A stretch of 64,000 bases of DNA from a virus: the IMG/VR virus record IMGVR_UViG_3300028394_000001, positions 64,001 through 128,000 of that record; one strand, written 5' to 3'. The position numbers and the translations under genes were made by a program. Below are positions 40,561-51,718 of this stretch, one piece after another (position 1 is the first letter of the stretch; every line of letters starts with the position of its first letter). The notes beneath the pieces were generated by a model that saw only the letters and a list, made by a program, of their open reading frames with translations, did not search any database and was not told where the DNA came from.

Positions 40561-41647
40561 ATGCCTTATGTTAGTGTTGATGTTGATGTTGAATTAGATG
40601 ATTTCGATAATGAAGATATTGTTGATTATATGGAGCGTCAAGGTTATGAAGTATCTAAAACTATTGCTGTTGTCGGTGACCTAGGTGATCCAAAAGAAGA
40701 ATTGCGTTTGATTTGGGAAGCAATGTATCTAGGTAAACCTTATGATGCAATGGTTCGAAAGTTTGTTAGTGACCATACTGGTCGTTTTTTGTGAAAAGTG
40801 AGTATATTATGAAAGTTAAATTATTGTCGGCTATTGCTGCTGTTGTCCTTGTTACCGGCTGTTCTACAGCACATAAAACAGCATGGGAAGTAAGTGTACC
40901 TGCAAAACAACCAGATGCACCTACTGTTATTGTTAACATGCCTAAACCTGTTGAAACAGATACCTACAAGTTGCAAAACTATAAAGGTCCTGAAGCAATG
41001 GACTCTAACGAACTAGCAATGCATTCCCGTGAATGTGTTCTTTCTAAATTGCGTCCTCGCGTGACCTATGTTTCTGTCCGTGCAGAAGCAGGTAAGATTT
41101 TGGTGCCTGTGTCTGTTAACTGCGAACCTTACATCCAATAAAAATGGGAACCATCTACATGCCCGTGTTCTGGATGTGTTTCATTTCATCTGGTGGTGAT
41201 TGTCAATTCATGCAACCTGTAATTTCAAATTATTACAGGACACCCTCTGCTTGTGCAAGGGTGATGGAGAAGGACAAAATATCTCTTTTGCAGAAAATTA
41301 AAAAAGAAAAGAAACAACCAGATATTTTCGAATCAACTTGTATTTCTTTTACTGTGGAATCACCTAGATACACAAATGAAGAAGTGGGTAACACATACGA
41401 AAGTAAAAACATTGAAAATTATTTGGCTTTAGATGTAAGTACCTACAAAACTAAAGTGATTAAACCGATTGATTTTGAAGAACTGGAAAAAGATGTTGAG
41501 GATACAATTGTAACTAAAAAACCTGTTGTAAAAAATAAAGAATCAGATTATTCTATAAATGAAGCACCTCGATCCTTTATTATTGATTGTATGCGTTTTA
41601 TGAGCCTCTCAAAAAATGATTGTGAGAAGAGCTGGTTCATAAAATAA
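40561..41647 (+). CDS. Hypothetical acidic protein (40561-40794), lipoprotein (40809-41141) and exported Cys protein (41144-41647)
   Basis: Lipobox LVTGC in the second gene. Confidence 0.6.
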
Positions 41648-41673
41648 AATTTGTTTATGCGATTAAATGTCGT

Positions 41674-41680
41674 ATAAATA
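41674..41680 (+). promoter_or_regulatory. T4 late promoter-like TATAAATA site
   Basis: cgTATAAATAtt in an intergenic gap upstream of 41733. Confidence 0.6.
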
Positions 41681-41732
41681 TTTGTACACCAATTAGTTGG
41701 TGATTTTTTTATTTTTAATTAATGGAGCACTT

Positions 41733-44261
41733 ATGAGTGATAATTCTACAGAAAAACTTACAATTTCTTCGGCACTGTTGAACACAGTCTTTCAATATTT
41801 GGGAACAAAACCTTTTCAGGAAGTTTTTCAAATGATTCAAGATATACAAAAAGAGGTAGGTCCTCAGTTACCTGAAAATCAAGGTTCTAATGTTACCACA
41901 TTGACGCCTAAAAAATAATGAAAATTAAAATTGGTCCTTACATCAATTGGATTGGCCCATATCAAATTGCAGATATGCTTTGCTTTTGGGTCAAACCAGT
42001 AAAAGATGAACATGGCTTTAAAGATAAACCAGATTGGGTACACCAATTCGGTAAACGATTGAGTAAAAATAGTAAAGGTGAAGAATCACTTCTATCTAAA
42101 TTTTGCCACTGGGTACATTCTAAAAGAAGCCAAACTGTCAAGATAAAGATTGACCGTTGGGATACTTGGAACATGGATGGAACATTGGCTTTGATTATTC
42201 TGCCAATGTTGAAACAACTAAGAGACAAAAAACACGGCGCACCATATGTTCGTGATGAAGATGTACCTGAAGGTTTGAATCTTCGTTCTACTGAAGCACC
42301 ACCTAAAGAAAATGAATGGGACACCGATGAAAACCATTTCAAGCGTTGGGATTGGGTGCTTGATGAAATCATTTGGGGTTTTGAACAGGAACATCCTGAT
42401 TATGATTGGGATGCCCAATACCATACAGGTGTAATTGACACTGAATGGATTGAATTGGAAAATGGAATGTTTGAAATGAAGAAAACAGATAAAGACACCA
42501 GCCATTTCGACATTGAAGGTTACAAGGCCCATGCGGACCGTATTGACAATGCTATGCTTCTATTTGGTCGTTACTATAGAGGTCTTTGGGACTGATGGAC
42601 TACGATACAATTGGTCGTGAGTTGGTTGAAATGTTTGGTGATAAACTGCCTGATCCCATACATGAACCAATTCGTTTTGCGTACTATATAAAATTATATA
42701 ACTATGAAAAGGCGGTGAAAGATGAGCCACGAGGATGACAAATTCAAACATAGCAAACGCCTACTCAAAGATGAGAATGCTGTAAACAAGCAGACTAAAA
42801 TTGCCAAAGCATTTGGTGTACAGGTTAAAGAACCACATAAATTTGCCAAGAAACATGCAATGAATTGTGGCAATCCAAATTGTGTAATGTGTGGTAATCC
42901 GCGCAAAGTGTTTAAAGAACCAACACAACAAGAAAAGCGCCTGTTTCAGGACGTTGATGCACAAACAAACAAACATAGTAATGGTTTGAATATAAATGAA
43001 GAAAACATATGAGTAATTTAGTTAAGCACGCTGAGAAAGAGTTGGACCTTCTAGGTTTGACTGATAGTGATGAATACAATGCTTCGATGCGTAAACATGT
43101 TCTACACATGGTTAAAGAATTTGCAGCTGAAGGACATTCTGGTTTCTCTGCGATTTATGCAATTAGTGTTCTGACAAAATTACTAAAGTATGAACCACTA
43201 ACACCATTGATTGGTGAAGATTCTGAATGGACTGATGTAACACCTTACGGAGATGGAGGTCCACATTGGCAAAATAACCGACATGGTTCTGTATTTAAAG
43301 ATGCTGATGGTTTTTGTTATGATATTGATGGTAAGGTATTCTGGGACTGGGCCAAAGATGGTGACGGTAAACCATATAAATGCCATTACACATGTTTTGA
43401 ATCTCGTACTCCTGTGACATTTCCTTATAATATACCTGATGAACCAATCTATGAATATCGACATACCGTTGATGATGGTAGTATTCCTCTGCAAAACGAA
43501 GATGGTTTTATCTGATGAAATCGATATTTAATTATTTTGAGGCAAAGAATAGGTTGCGTGAAGCTAAAAAAACTATCCTAATGATGGGTGGTGAAGATGA
43601 ATGTCAACCTATGCTTCTAGGCCAAAGAGACTTCTTGGAATTAGAAGTTGATTATTACCGTGATGAAATGGTATCCTTAGGATATGTGACCTTGACAATC
43701 GTTTGTCTTTGTGTTATACTGTATTTTGTAAATAACTTTTTAGGACTATATGAAAATCCCTTCCACTTTTAAACTATCTAAAAGAAACAAGACTATGCTT
43801 GCGCTGTTGCCATTCTCAAATAGAGAACAACGTGAGGCTATGAAACGAAACATGATTCAAGCTCAATACATTGCATCAACATCTGAACGATATATGATGG
43901 GTGTGAATGCTAAGGGCAAAGACGAATAAATACAACCTAATCACTAACTTGAAAGAATATTATGAGCACATTTATCGAAGTATTTTCTGTTGAAAAAAAC
44001 ACCAAAGTAATTATCAATCTAGATTCAATTCTAGAAATTGCACCGCTGCGTGATGGTGGATGTAATTTGTTTTTCCCTGATGCTGCGGCCGTCGGTGGTA
44101 AAAACTCTATGAAGGTTACAGATTCTTATTCAATGTTCCAGCAATTTGCATTGCAAACAGTATCAACTGAAGATATTGCAGCACGAATTCAAAGGATGCA
44201 ACCGCAAGAAGAACGTCGTGGTCCAGGTCGACCACCAAAAGTAACTTCTAGTGTTGAATAA
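41733..44261 (+). CDS. Hypothetical genes (41733-41918, 41918-42595, 42722-43012, 43009-43515, 43515-43772, 43962-44261)
   Basis: Recurrent T4-like motifs: DTWNMDGTLA..ILPML, CGNP.C.MCGNPRK and EGHSGFSA..PLTPL. Confidence 0.6.
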
Positions 44262-44533
44262 TGGAAAAAAACCGAGAAGTATTGTTAATTGCACAAGAAG
44301 AATGTGCAGAGGTAATACAAGCGATTAGTAAATGTTTTAGGTTTGGCCTCGATAATATTAAACCAGGTAAACCTAAAACTAATCGTGAACACCTAGAAGA
44401 AGAAATTGGCGATGTAATGGCAATGATTTATATGTGTTATGATTTAAAAATTATTGATCCTGTTAAAGTGCGTGAAGCACAAGAAAACAAAATTGAAAAA
44501 CTTAAACAATGGTCTACCTTATTTGATGAGTAA
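44261..44533 (+). CDS. MazG-like NTP pyrophosphohydrolase
   Basis: EECAEVIQAISK and LEEEIGDV motifs. Confidence 0.8.
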   Translation: MEKNREVLLIAQEECAEVIQAISKCFRFGLDNIKPGKPKTNREHLEEEIGDVMAMIYMCYDLKIIDPVKVREAQENKIEKLKQWSTLFDE

Positions 44534-45031
44534 CATTTTAAAATGGATTGGTAATGATTACAAAAGTAATAGAATACGTTTTTGTTTTGAGGTCCTTGCT
44601 TGGGCTATATCTATTGGTTGTTCTATCACTATGGCCCTCACCGTGCCTAATCCCCCCCTTCTTATCATGTACCCAATCTGGATTACAGGTTGTTTTATAT
44701 ACGCTGGGTGCGCTTATAGTCGGCGTTCCTTTGGTATGCTCGCTAATTATTGCTTATTGGTCACCATCGACTTTATCGGATTACTAAGGATGATACTGTG
44801 AAATTAACTACAGGTTCATTTACTATTCCACCAGTTCAAACACCACCACCATCTCAGGTTTTTGTGATGCCTGATCCAGTCAGTTATGAGTTTCGAGTGG
44901 TTGAGTTTATGAAAGATGGAAAAATAGATAAGGTTGCTTTACAGTTTTGTATGCATACACATGACCAATACGGAAACATTAAACTACACGGAACTTGGGA
45001 AGGAGTTCCAAGAATTCAATTACCGCTATGA
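44526..45031 (+). CDS. Membrane protein (44526-44801) and hypothetical protein (ending 45031)
   Basis: TM helices in the first ORF. Confidence 0.55.
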
Positions 45032-45597
45032 ATATCTTTTACCTCGACCATGATCCAAAAGTGTGTGCAGAAATGCACAATGACAAACATTGTATTAAAA
45101 TGATTCTTGAATATGCACAACTACTCTCAACTGCTCATCGTGTTCTTGACGGGACTATTATCGACCGCCTCAGTTCTTCTGGTCGTAAACAAAAAGCATA
45201 TGTACTTGCCGATAACCGTGACGCCACTCTTTACTCTGCTACTCATATCAATCACCCATCGGCAGTTTGGGTAAGACAATCCCGTGACAATTATGCATGG
45301 TTGTGGGATCTTTTAAAAGCTTTGTGTAAAGAATACACATATCGTTATGGTAAAGTGCATAAAGTTGAGCGTGATGGTCTACTTTGGGAATTATGGCATG
45401 TTCCTACAAAAATTCACCAACAAGAACATCCTACTTTTACTGAACCAACACCAGCTATGCCTGATGAAGTAAAAATTGCCGGTGATTCTATTGCATCATA
45501 TCGGAATTATTATATAAATAATAAGACGCACCTAGCCTCATGGCGTGGTAAGATTAACTCTCGTAATGTTCCAGGATGGTATAATGCCCAGCTATGA
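45028..45597 (+). CDS. Pyrimidine-dimer DNA glycosylase (DenV-related) family protein
   Basis: MNIFYLD, DKH..KMILEYAQLLSTAH, H.NHPSAVW and EYTYRYGKVH motifs. Confidence 0.8.
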   Translation: MNIFYLDHDPKVCAEMHNDKHCIKMILEYAQLLSTAHRVLDGTIIDRLSSSGRKQKAYVLADNRDATLYSATHINHPSAVWVRQSRDNYAWLWDLLKALCKEYTYRYGKVHKVERDGLLWELWHVPTKIHQQEHPTFTEPTPAMPDEVKIAGDSIASYRNYYINNKTHLASWRGKINSRNVPGWYNAQL

Positions 45598-45862
45598 TTT
45601 CTTAAACAAAGATACAAACGAAGTAGAAGAACACCGTATGAGAATTGCGGAACTAGATTCGTTTGTTGAAAACAATCCACATCTTGAACGCTATCACACA
45701 GCACATAATCTTCCAATTATGTCCGACGGCTCTCGTATGTCTGTTCCTGGTATTGGTCAGGCACATATGGCCTTTGAGCGTGGTGTCATCCAGCGCATGA
45801 AAGAATCCATTCCAGGAAACACAATGTCAGGTCATAAAACAAAGTTGCCTAGAGAATGGTAA
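45584..45862 (+). CDS. FmdB-like small protein
   Basis: MPSYDFLNKDTNE..E start; usual position upstream of phoH. Confidence 0.55.
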   Translation: MPSYDFLNKDTNEVEEHRMRIAELDSFVENNPHLERYHTAHNLPIMSDGSRMSVPGIGQAHMAFERGVIQRMKESIPGNTMSGHKTKLPREW

Positions 45863-46037
45863 TCAATCGTCCTTATCGCATTCCCGCACTTCTTGGTACT
45901 GGCTTTTACAAACAGCCACAAAAACAACAAGCACAACCCAAGAAAGTCCCACAAACCAAAGTAGCTGCTTTACTAAAGAAGGATTCTGCAACAACAAAAA
46001 CCTCCAAATAATCCCGCAACAACAACAAGGATGTTTC

Positions 46038-46802
46038 ATGGCAAGCAATAGAAAAACAGCAATACAAAAACGTGATGATTCAATTGAAGGTGATGAGGTA
46101 ACACACAGACACCAACCCGTTTCAAACTCACTAAAAATAAAATTAGACCATTTAAAAACATTTGAAGCACTAACACAAAATCAACAAAAGTTCTTTGACG
46201 CATACAAAACAGGTGATTACTTTATTGGCCTATTAGGATCACCAGGTGTAGGTAAAACATTCTTAGCATTGTATCGTGCAATCGAAGAAGTATTAAACAA
46301 GGATAATCCTTTTACACATATTGTAGTTGTTCGTTCCGCTGTACAGGTAAGAGACCAAGGTTTTGTTCCTGGTACATTGGATGAAAAGATGGAGATTTAT
46401 GAAGTGCCTTACAAAGAAATTTGTGAGACACTTTTTGGTCGTTCTGATGCATGGGAAAGATTAAAGGAACAAGGTTACGCTAGATTCATTTCAACTACCG
46501 CTATTCGTGGTATCTCTATTGACAACTCTATCATTATTGTAGATGAATGCCAGTCAATGACATTTCATGAATTGAGTTCGGTTATCTCCCGTGTTGGCCA
46601 TCGTTCAAAGATTATATTTGTTGGTGACCTGAAACAGAATGACCTAATTAAGAGTAAACATGATATATCGGGCCTTGCTGAGTTTTTGAATGTTGCAAGA
46701 CATATGGATGAGTTTACTGAAATTTTATTTACACCAAACGACATTGTTCGCAGCAGTTTGGTCAAATCATGGATTGTTGCCTGCGATAAATTAGGAATAT
46801 AA
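46038..46802 (+). CDS. phoH: PhoH-family ATPase
   Basis: GSPGVGKTF, RG.SIDN, VDECQ, GDLKQND and DIVRS motifs. Confidence 0.93.
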   Translation: MASNRKTAIQKRDDSIEGDEVTHRHQPVSNSLKIKLDHLKTFEALTQNQQKFFDAYKTGDYFIGLLGSPGVGKTFLALYRAIEEVLNKDNPFTHIVVVRSAVQVRDQGFVPGTLDEKMEIYEVPYKEICETLFGRSDAWERLKEQGYARFISTTAIRGISIDNSIIIVDECQSMTFHELSSVISRVGHRSKIIFVGDLKQNDLIKSKHDISGLAEFLNVARHMDEFTEILFTPNDIVRSSLVKSWIVACDKLGI

Positions 46803-47398
46803 TGATTGATGATGTGTTATGTATTGAAGGTATCTTTGATGATCCGCAAGAAATTATAAATTTGGCGAAGAAACAAAGATACTATTCTTGTGAAGATAAT
46901 CCTACAGTAAAAAATACAAATATCAAGTATAGTGGTGAGAGAACCGACCATTTAGCCAACATATTGAGTGATGGTGAATACTATGAATTAACTAAGAAAA
47001 TCATAAGTAAAATATTCAAAAATGTACCATCGTCAAATATAAAGGCTCAAATTATTTGTTTGTTTCACTATCTAACTGAAATGGACATACCGAACAGTTC
47101 TTGGATACACAAAGATACATCATTGTATTCTGGTGTGATATATTTAAGTGAAGGTTTCAATGATAAATATAATAACCATGGTACCAAAATAATCATAGGC
47201 CGTGACGTTTTAAATTACCGCAATGAATTCAATAAGTTAATCCTATATCGTGGAGACTACTCACATTCGGCTAATTTTGGTTTTGGTCAAACTATAGATA
47301 ATTCAAGACTAACATTAAATTTCTTCATAAATGAAATAATGATTGATATGAAAAATGAAAATAAGGTAAAAGAGAAATACTATGATTACAAAACATGA
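46802..47398 (+). CDS. 2OG-Fe(II) oxygenase (DUF6445-like)
   Basis: WIHKD, SGVIYL, FNKLILY...HSA and RLT..FF give an HxD...H triad plus Arg. Confidence 0.8.
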   Translation: MIDDVLCIEGIFDDPQEIINLAKKQRYYSCEDNPTVKNTNIKYSGERTDHLANILSDGEYYELTKKIISKIFKNVPSSNIKAQIICLFHYLTEMDIPNSSWIHKDTSLYSGVIYLSEGFNDKYNNHGTKIIIGRDVLNYRNEFNKLILYRGDYSHSANFGFGQTIDNSRLTLNFFINEIMIDMKNENKVKEKYYDYKT

Positions 47399-47966
47399 AT
47401 GGTGGTCAACACCTGTTTGGGAGATTGAAACAGGATTTGATGAATATTTTAATTTGTGTTTTAGAAATGAATTACTTGATTTGATTTGTGCAAGTGAACA
47501 TAACAAATATGTCGATATTTGGACAGTAGATTCCGACTATTGCAGACAATTGAAGAATAAAATATATGAAATGATGGATTTAATTTTACCTGAATATTTT
47601 TCAAACTACCACGAATCAAAACCCTTTATATCAAATGGATGGGTGAATCAGCAAAAACCAGGACAATCATTTCCACTACACAGTCATGGTGAAAGTGTGG
47701 TGGCTTGCGTGTATTATATAGAAACTTATGAGAATAGTGGTGACCTTCTGATAGTAGATCCAAGGGGTTCTGTTGTTTGGGATTTGAATGTTGAGAATGG
47801 TGTAAACTCAGTAAAATATAAAAGAATTACACCAAAGGCAGGTAAAATGGTCTTATTTCCATCGTATCTATTACATTCAGTTGAAGAAAATAAGTCAGAA
47901 AAAACAAGATTTGGCATTGCTACAAATATACATATTCCCACGAAACACTATATAAATGACAGATAA
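47382..47966 (+). CDS. 2OG-Fe(II) oxygenase (TIGR02466 / 2OG-FeII_Oxy_5-like)
   Basis: W..TPVW, HSH, VYY, DPRG and FPSYLLHSVEEN..R.GIA.N motifs. Confidence 0.88.
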   Translation: MITKHEWWSTPVWEIETGFDEYFNLCFRNELLDLICASEHNKYVDIWTVDSDYCRQLKNKIYEMMDLILPEYFSNYHESKPFISNGWVNQQKPGQSFPLHSHGESVVACVYYIETYENSGDLLIVDPRGSVVWDLNVENGVNSVKYKRITPKAGKMVLFPSYLLHSVEENKSEKTRFGIATNIHIPTKHYINDR

Positions 47967-47971
47967 ATAGA
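47963..47971 (+). promoter_or_regulatory. Late promoter-like motif ATAAATAGA upstream of the Cys-rich gene
   Basis: Same 9-mer and similar leader and GGAGAA RBS as at 5521 before the putative structural gene. Confidence 0.55.
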
Positions 47972-47993
47972 CCATATCTTCGGAGAACAAAAA

Positions 47994-48395
47994 ATGACAT
48001 TACCAAACACATCTCAAGGAATATCTTTTCAAAATATAAGAGATGAAACGGGCCAACCTGCGGGTTTTTCCGCATCTATGCAATGGGTCAAGGACAACAG
48101 CAAACTCACAAAAGGCGGCGCCACTGGTGTTATTAATGACATGGGATCCCTACGCGATAAGGCATATTATAGAGATAATACTTCAGGCAATTGTAGTAAT
48201 GGTAATTGTACATCTAATTGTAATTGCGGTAATAAAAATTGCAGTAATTGTATTATTACTGGCACCGTAAATTGTGCAAATTGCGATGCTTCGGCTTTTA
48301 TCCAACCGAATTGTAATTGCAATTGTACATATAATTGTACCACTTCGTCAACATCTTTTAACTGTGATTGTTGGATCTGTGCTTGTACTTGGTAA
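47994..48395 (+). CDS. Asn-Cys-repeat protein; putative RiPP-like precursor or substrate of the adjacent radical SAM enzyme
   Basis: 66-aa Cys-free N-terminal part; residues 67-133 hold 16 Cys, 13 as NC; ends WICACTW; GGAG RBS. Confidence 0.8.
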   Translation: MTLPNTSQGISFQNIRDETGQPAGFSASMQWVKDNSKLTKGGATGVINDMGSLRDKAYYRDNTSGNCSNGNCTSNCNCGNKNCSNCIITGTVNCANCDASAFIQPNCNCNCTYNCTTSSTSFNCDCWICACTW

Positions 48396-48416
48396 TTTAA
48401 TAAACTAGGAAAAAAT

Positions 48417-49901
48417 ATGATTTTTGAAATTAATGCGGAGCGTAGTGCTTCAGACGTAAAGACTTTTTATTATGATAATGAAAAAAATATACTTTCAGAT
48501 TCTACTGGATTTGTTTATGAGTATCCGGAACCACAGATTCCACAACCCGTAACAGGTACAGGCTTGGAGTTATTCCATAAATGTGAAGAGGTTAAACCCT
48601 TTGATAAAAATACTCCACTAAAAAAATCAAAAGATGTTACTGTCATTAAAATCCAATTAGGTTTATCATGCAACTACTCTTGTGATTACTGCTCACAAAG
48701 GTTTGTTGAAAGGCCACCAGAAACTAGTAAAAAGGATATTGAATCTTTCATCTCTAAGTTGGATAATCTAAACATTACAGAAAAAGCTGGACTAAGAGTT
48801 GAATTTTGGGGTGGTGAACCACTTGTCTATTGGAAAACATTAAAACCTCTCGCTGAAACAATTGCTGAGAAATTTTCTCATTGGAAAAAGAAACCATCTT
48901 TTGGCATGGTGACTAATGGATCACTATTGACAAGAGAAATATGTTCTTGGTTATATTATATGGGTTTTGGTGTTGGTATTAGTCATGATGGTCCAGGTCA
49001 ACATGCTCGTGGTCCTGATCCATTTGAAGATCCAGAAAAAAAGAAAATCATCTTAGAGTTTTATAAAGTAATGCATTCCCAAAATCGTATTAGTTTTAAT
49101 TCTATGATGAATAGAAAGAATACTAGCCGCAAACAAATCCATGATTGGTTTGTTAATTTAACAGGTGATCCTACTGTTCCAATTGGTGAGGGTGGTTTTA
49201 TTGATGCATATGATGAAGCCGCTATCAATAGTTCATTAGAAACAAAACAAGAACATTTTGAATACCGAAGAAATGCATTTAATGATATTTATAGTACAGA
49301 TAATACAGATGAACAAATTAATTTTGGTATTATTAATGACAAAACAGACATGTTTGTTCGTGGTGTTTTGAATCACACTGAATCTAAATTTGTTGGTCAA
49401 AAATGCGGAATGGACAACGAAGGAACAATTTCTGTAGACCTCAAAGGTAACATCACAACTTGCCAAAATGTTTCTATAATGGAAACCAGTAAAAACGGTG
49501 AGTCACACTTAGGTGGTAACTTAGATGATTACGAAAATGTTGAACTGAAATCTGTTACTCATTGGATGAACCGAGCAGGTTGTAAGGATTGTCCTGTGTT
49601 GCATTTATGTAAAGGTTCTTGTATGTACCTTGACGGTAAATTTTGGGATATAACTTGCAATAATGCTTATAGTGATAATGTTGTTTTCTTTGCTTTAGCT
49701 CTGGAAAGAATTACAAATGGTTACATACCAACTAAAATTAAAGGTGATGGATTAGCTTTAGAAAGACAAGACATTTGGGGAACACTATATGAACACAAAG
49801 AAGTTGAAAAGAAAAAAATGATACCAATTAAAATTATAGCAGAAAAAATTGGTATGTTAAATGATGTTGAAATTTACGGACAATCAAGAGTAGAGGCATA
49901 A
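48417..49901 (+). CDS. Radical SAM / SPASM-domain peptide maturase-like enzyme
   Basis: CNYSCDYC, WGGEPL, VTNGSLL and ISHDG; SPASM region KCG...GNITTC...CKDCPVLHLCKGSC...C. Confidence 0.92.
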   Translation: MIFEINAERSASDVKTFYYDNEKNILSDSTGFVYEYPEPQIPQPVTGTGLELFHKCEEVKPFDKNTPLKKSKDVTVIKIQLGLSCNYSCDYCSQRFVERPPETSKKDIESFISKLDNLNITEKAGLRVEFWGGEPLVYWKTLKPLAETIAEKFSHWKKKPSFGMVTNGSLLTREICSWLYYMGFGVGISHDGPGQHARGPDPFEDPEKKKIILEFYKVMHSQNRISFNSMMNRKNTSRKQIHDWFVNLTGDPTVPIGEGGFIDAYDEAAINSSLETKQEHFEYRRNAFNDIYSTDNTDEQINFGIINDKTDMFVRGVLNHTESKFVGQKCGMDNEGTISVDLKGNITTCQNVSIMETSKNGESHLGGNLDDYENVELKSVTHWMNRAGCKDCPVLHLCKGSCMYLDGKFWDITCNNAYSDNVVFFALALERITNGYIPTKIKGDGLALERQDIWGTLYEHKEVEKKKMIPIKIIAEKIGMLNDVEIYGQSRVEA

Positions 49902-49902
49902 A

Positions 49903-50538
49903 ATGAAAGTTACAATCACACAAGAATTGCAGAATTGCATTAACCTTTTAAATTCTATTCCTGCTGTAAAATCAGTTGCAGTATCTGAAGCTTCAGACAT
50001 TATTAAATCACAAATTAAAAATGTAGACTCTTTCGTATTCAGTTTAACTAACGAGATGGGTAATACAATTAAATATATTATTCCTAAAAATGCGATTATT
50101 CGTGCAACAACTCATCCAGTGGAAGATTTTATGGATATTGTTAATGTTATAACACAAAGACTACAATTCTTAGATGAAAATACGAATCCAGATTGGATTG
50201 AACCTTGTTATTATAATAATATCGAAACAACTAGAGTTGAAGTGGTCAGAGAAGATATAGCACCAATTGCCGCAAATACTGAATTGCAATTATTAGTGAA
50301 TAGTTTGGAGGATCTACCTGGACTATTTAATGTTAATGTTTATTCATTAACATCAGGCAATGCCGATAGTGTATTTTTTACTTGTGATATTATTGAACAT
50401 CCTCGAGGTGGAAAAATTAATTTTGTGGTGCCTTTTAGTACATGCACAAATCTCGAAATGCATTCACAACTGATTGATAATGCAAATGAGTTATTCGAAC
50501 AAGCAAAAACAGGAAATACAACAACTAGTCAATCTTAA
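49903..50538 (+). CDS. Unknown protein with an internal two-fold repeat, starting 1 nt after the rSAM stop
   Basis: LQNCINLLNSIPAVKSVAV..NVDSFVF..GNTIKYIIP vs LQLLVNSLEDLPGLFNVNV..NADSVFF..GGKINFVVP. Confidence 0.7.
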   Translation: MKVTITQELQNCINLLNSIPAVKSVAVSEASDIIKSQIKNVDSFVFSLTNEMGNTIKYIIPKNAIIRATTHPVEDFMDIVNVITQRLQFLDENTNPDWIEPCYYNNIETTRVEVVREDIAPIAANTELQLLVNSLEDLPGLFNVNVYSLTSGNADSVFFTCDIIEHPRGGKINFVVPFSTCTNLEMHSQLIDNANELFEQAKTGNTTTSQS

Positions 50539-50544
50539 AATATT

Positions 50545-51201
50545 ATGAGAATCGAGAATATTTTTGGTTATAACATAACAAGAATACAATGTACAAATGA
50601 ATCTCTCTATAGAGATAATGAAATAACCAAAACGGTTAACAATGTATTTAATTTTCCAAAAGTTCAAAGTAGAGATAGAACACTCAAGGGAGATTCTCAT
50701 AAAGGTGCAGGTCTAACCACGGTTAGTGAATCATACCTTTCTTTAGTAAATCTACCGGGTTTTGGTAATTTAACTGAATGGATTACACAGCAATTTTTAT
50801 TGGCAAAAGAACCTTTGGGGCTTGACAATAAAGGAAATATCGTGTATTATAAGAGAAGTTGGGCAAATAGGTTATTTCGTGGCGGCCATGGATTATGCCA
50901 TAATCACAATAAAGTGGATAACTATATTGCGAGTCTTACGGATTATACAAATGAAAATTTTAGACCAGATGCTGTTGGTATTTTTTATCTTGATGTGCCG
51001 GAAGCTTCATCAAATTTAGTCATAGTTAAAGATGGCAAACCTGAGACTTGGATTGATGATTATGTAGAAGAAGATACTCATTGGATACAACCAATAGAAG
51101 GAGAGTTATTAATACACTCTCCTGATGTATATCATGCTGTGAGTGTTCATCACAATAATTTACCTCGTAATGTTTTTGTTTTTGATATTGAATATGTTTA
51201 A
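50545..51201 (+). CDS. 2OG-Fe(II) oxygenase
   Basis: SWAN, HNH, VGIFY and EGELLI...HAV...RNVFVFD motifs. Confidence 0.8.
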   Translation: MRIENIFGYNITRIQCTNESLYRDNEITKTVNNVFNFPKVQSRDRTLKGDSHKGAGLTTVSESYLSLVNLPGFGNLTEWITQQFLLAKEPLGLDNKGNIVYYKRSWANRLFRGGHGLCHNHNKVDNYIASLTDYTNENFRPDAVGIFYLDVPEASSNLVIVKDGKPETWIDDYVEEDTHWIQPIEGELLIHSPDVYHAVSVHHNNLPRNVFVFDIEYV

Positions 51202-51718
51202 AAAGAATCTTTTTGCAACACCAATTTGGCAAAGAATATTGCCAATTGAATTGAACAATGGATTATTAGAAGAATCTACTCAATTTGATGGTAATATATT
51301 TGATATGAACCTAACATATACAAATAAACTAAAAAACATTATTAGAGAATTATACATCAACATCAACTATGAATACATACTTGAAGAACGCACAATTCAT
51401 GGTAGACTGAATATAATAAATTATGGAGAAAATGATACACCACACAGTCACATAGGTAAATCACTTTTAGTTGGTGTCTATTATTTGGATGTTGAGATTG
51501 ATACGGGTGACCTTTTGTTACACGATCCCAGAGGTGGTGTTGTTTGGGATAATTTAGATTTTGAACCGAATGACCCTATAAAAGGAAAAACTTCCAGAAC
51601 TTATCATAGAATTAAACCTGTAAACGGATTATTAATTATGTTTCCTGGATATTTGGTACATTCAGTAGAAAACAATATGAATAAAAAACCAAGAAAGTCG
51701 ATAGTTATTAACATATGA
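51194..51718 (+). CDS. 2OG-Fe(II) oxygenase (TIGR02466-like)
   Basis: LFATPIW, PHSH, GVYY, HDPRG and FPGYLVHSVENN..RKSI motifs. Confidence 0.88.
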   Translation: MFKKNLFATPIWQRILPIELNNGLLEESTQFDGNIFDMNLTYTNKLKNIIRELYININYEYILEERTIHGRLNIINYGENDTPHSHIGKSLLVGVYYLDVEIDTGDLLLHDPRGGVVWDNLDFEPNDPIKGKTSRTYHRIKPVNGLLIMFPGYLVHSVENNMNKKPRKSIVINI

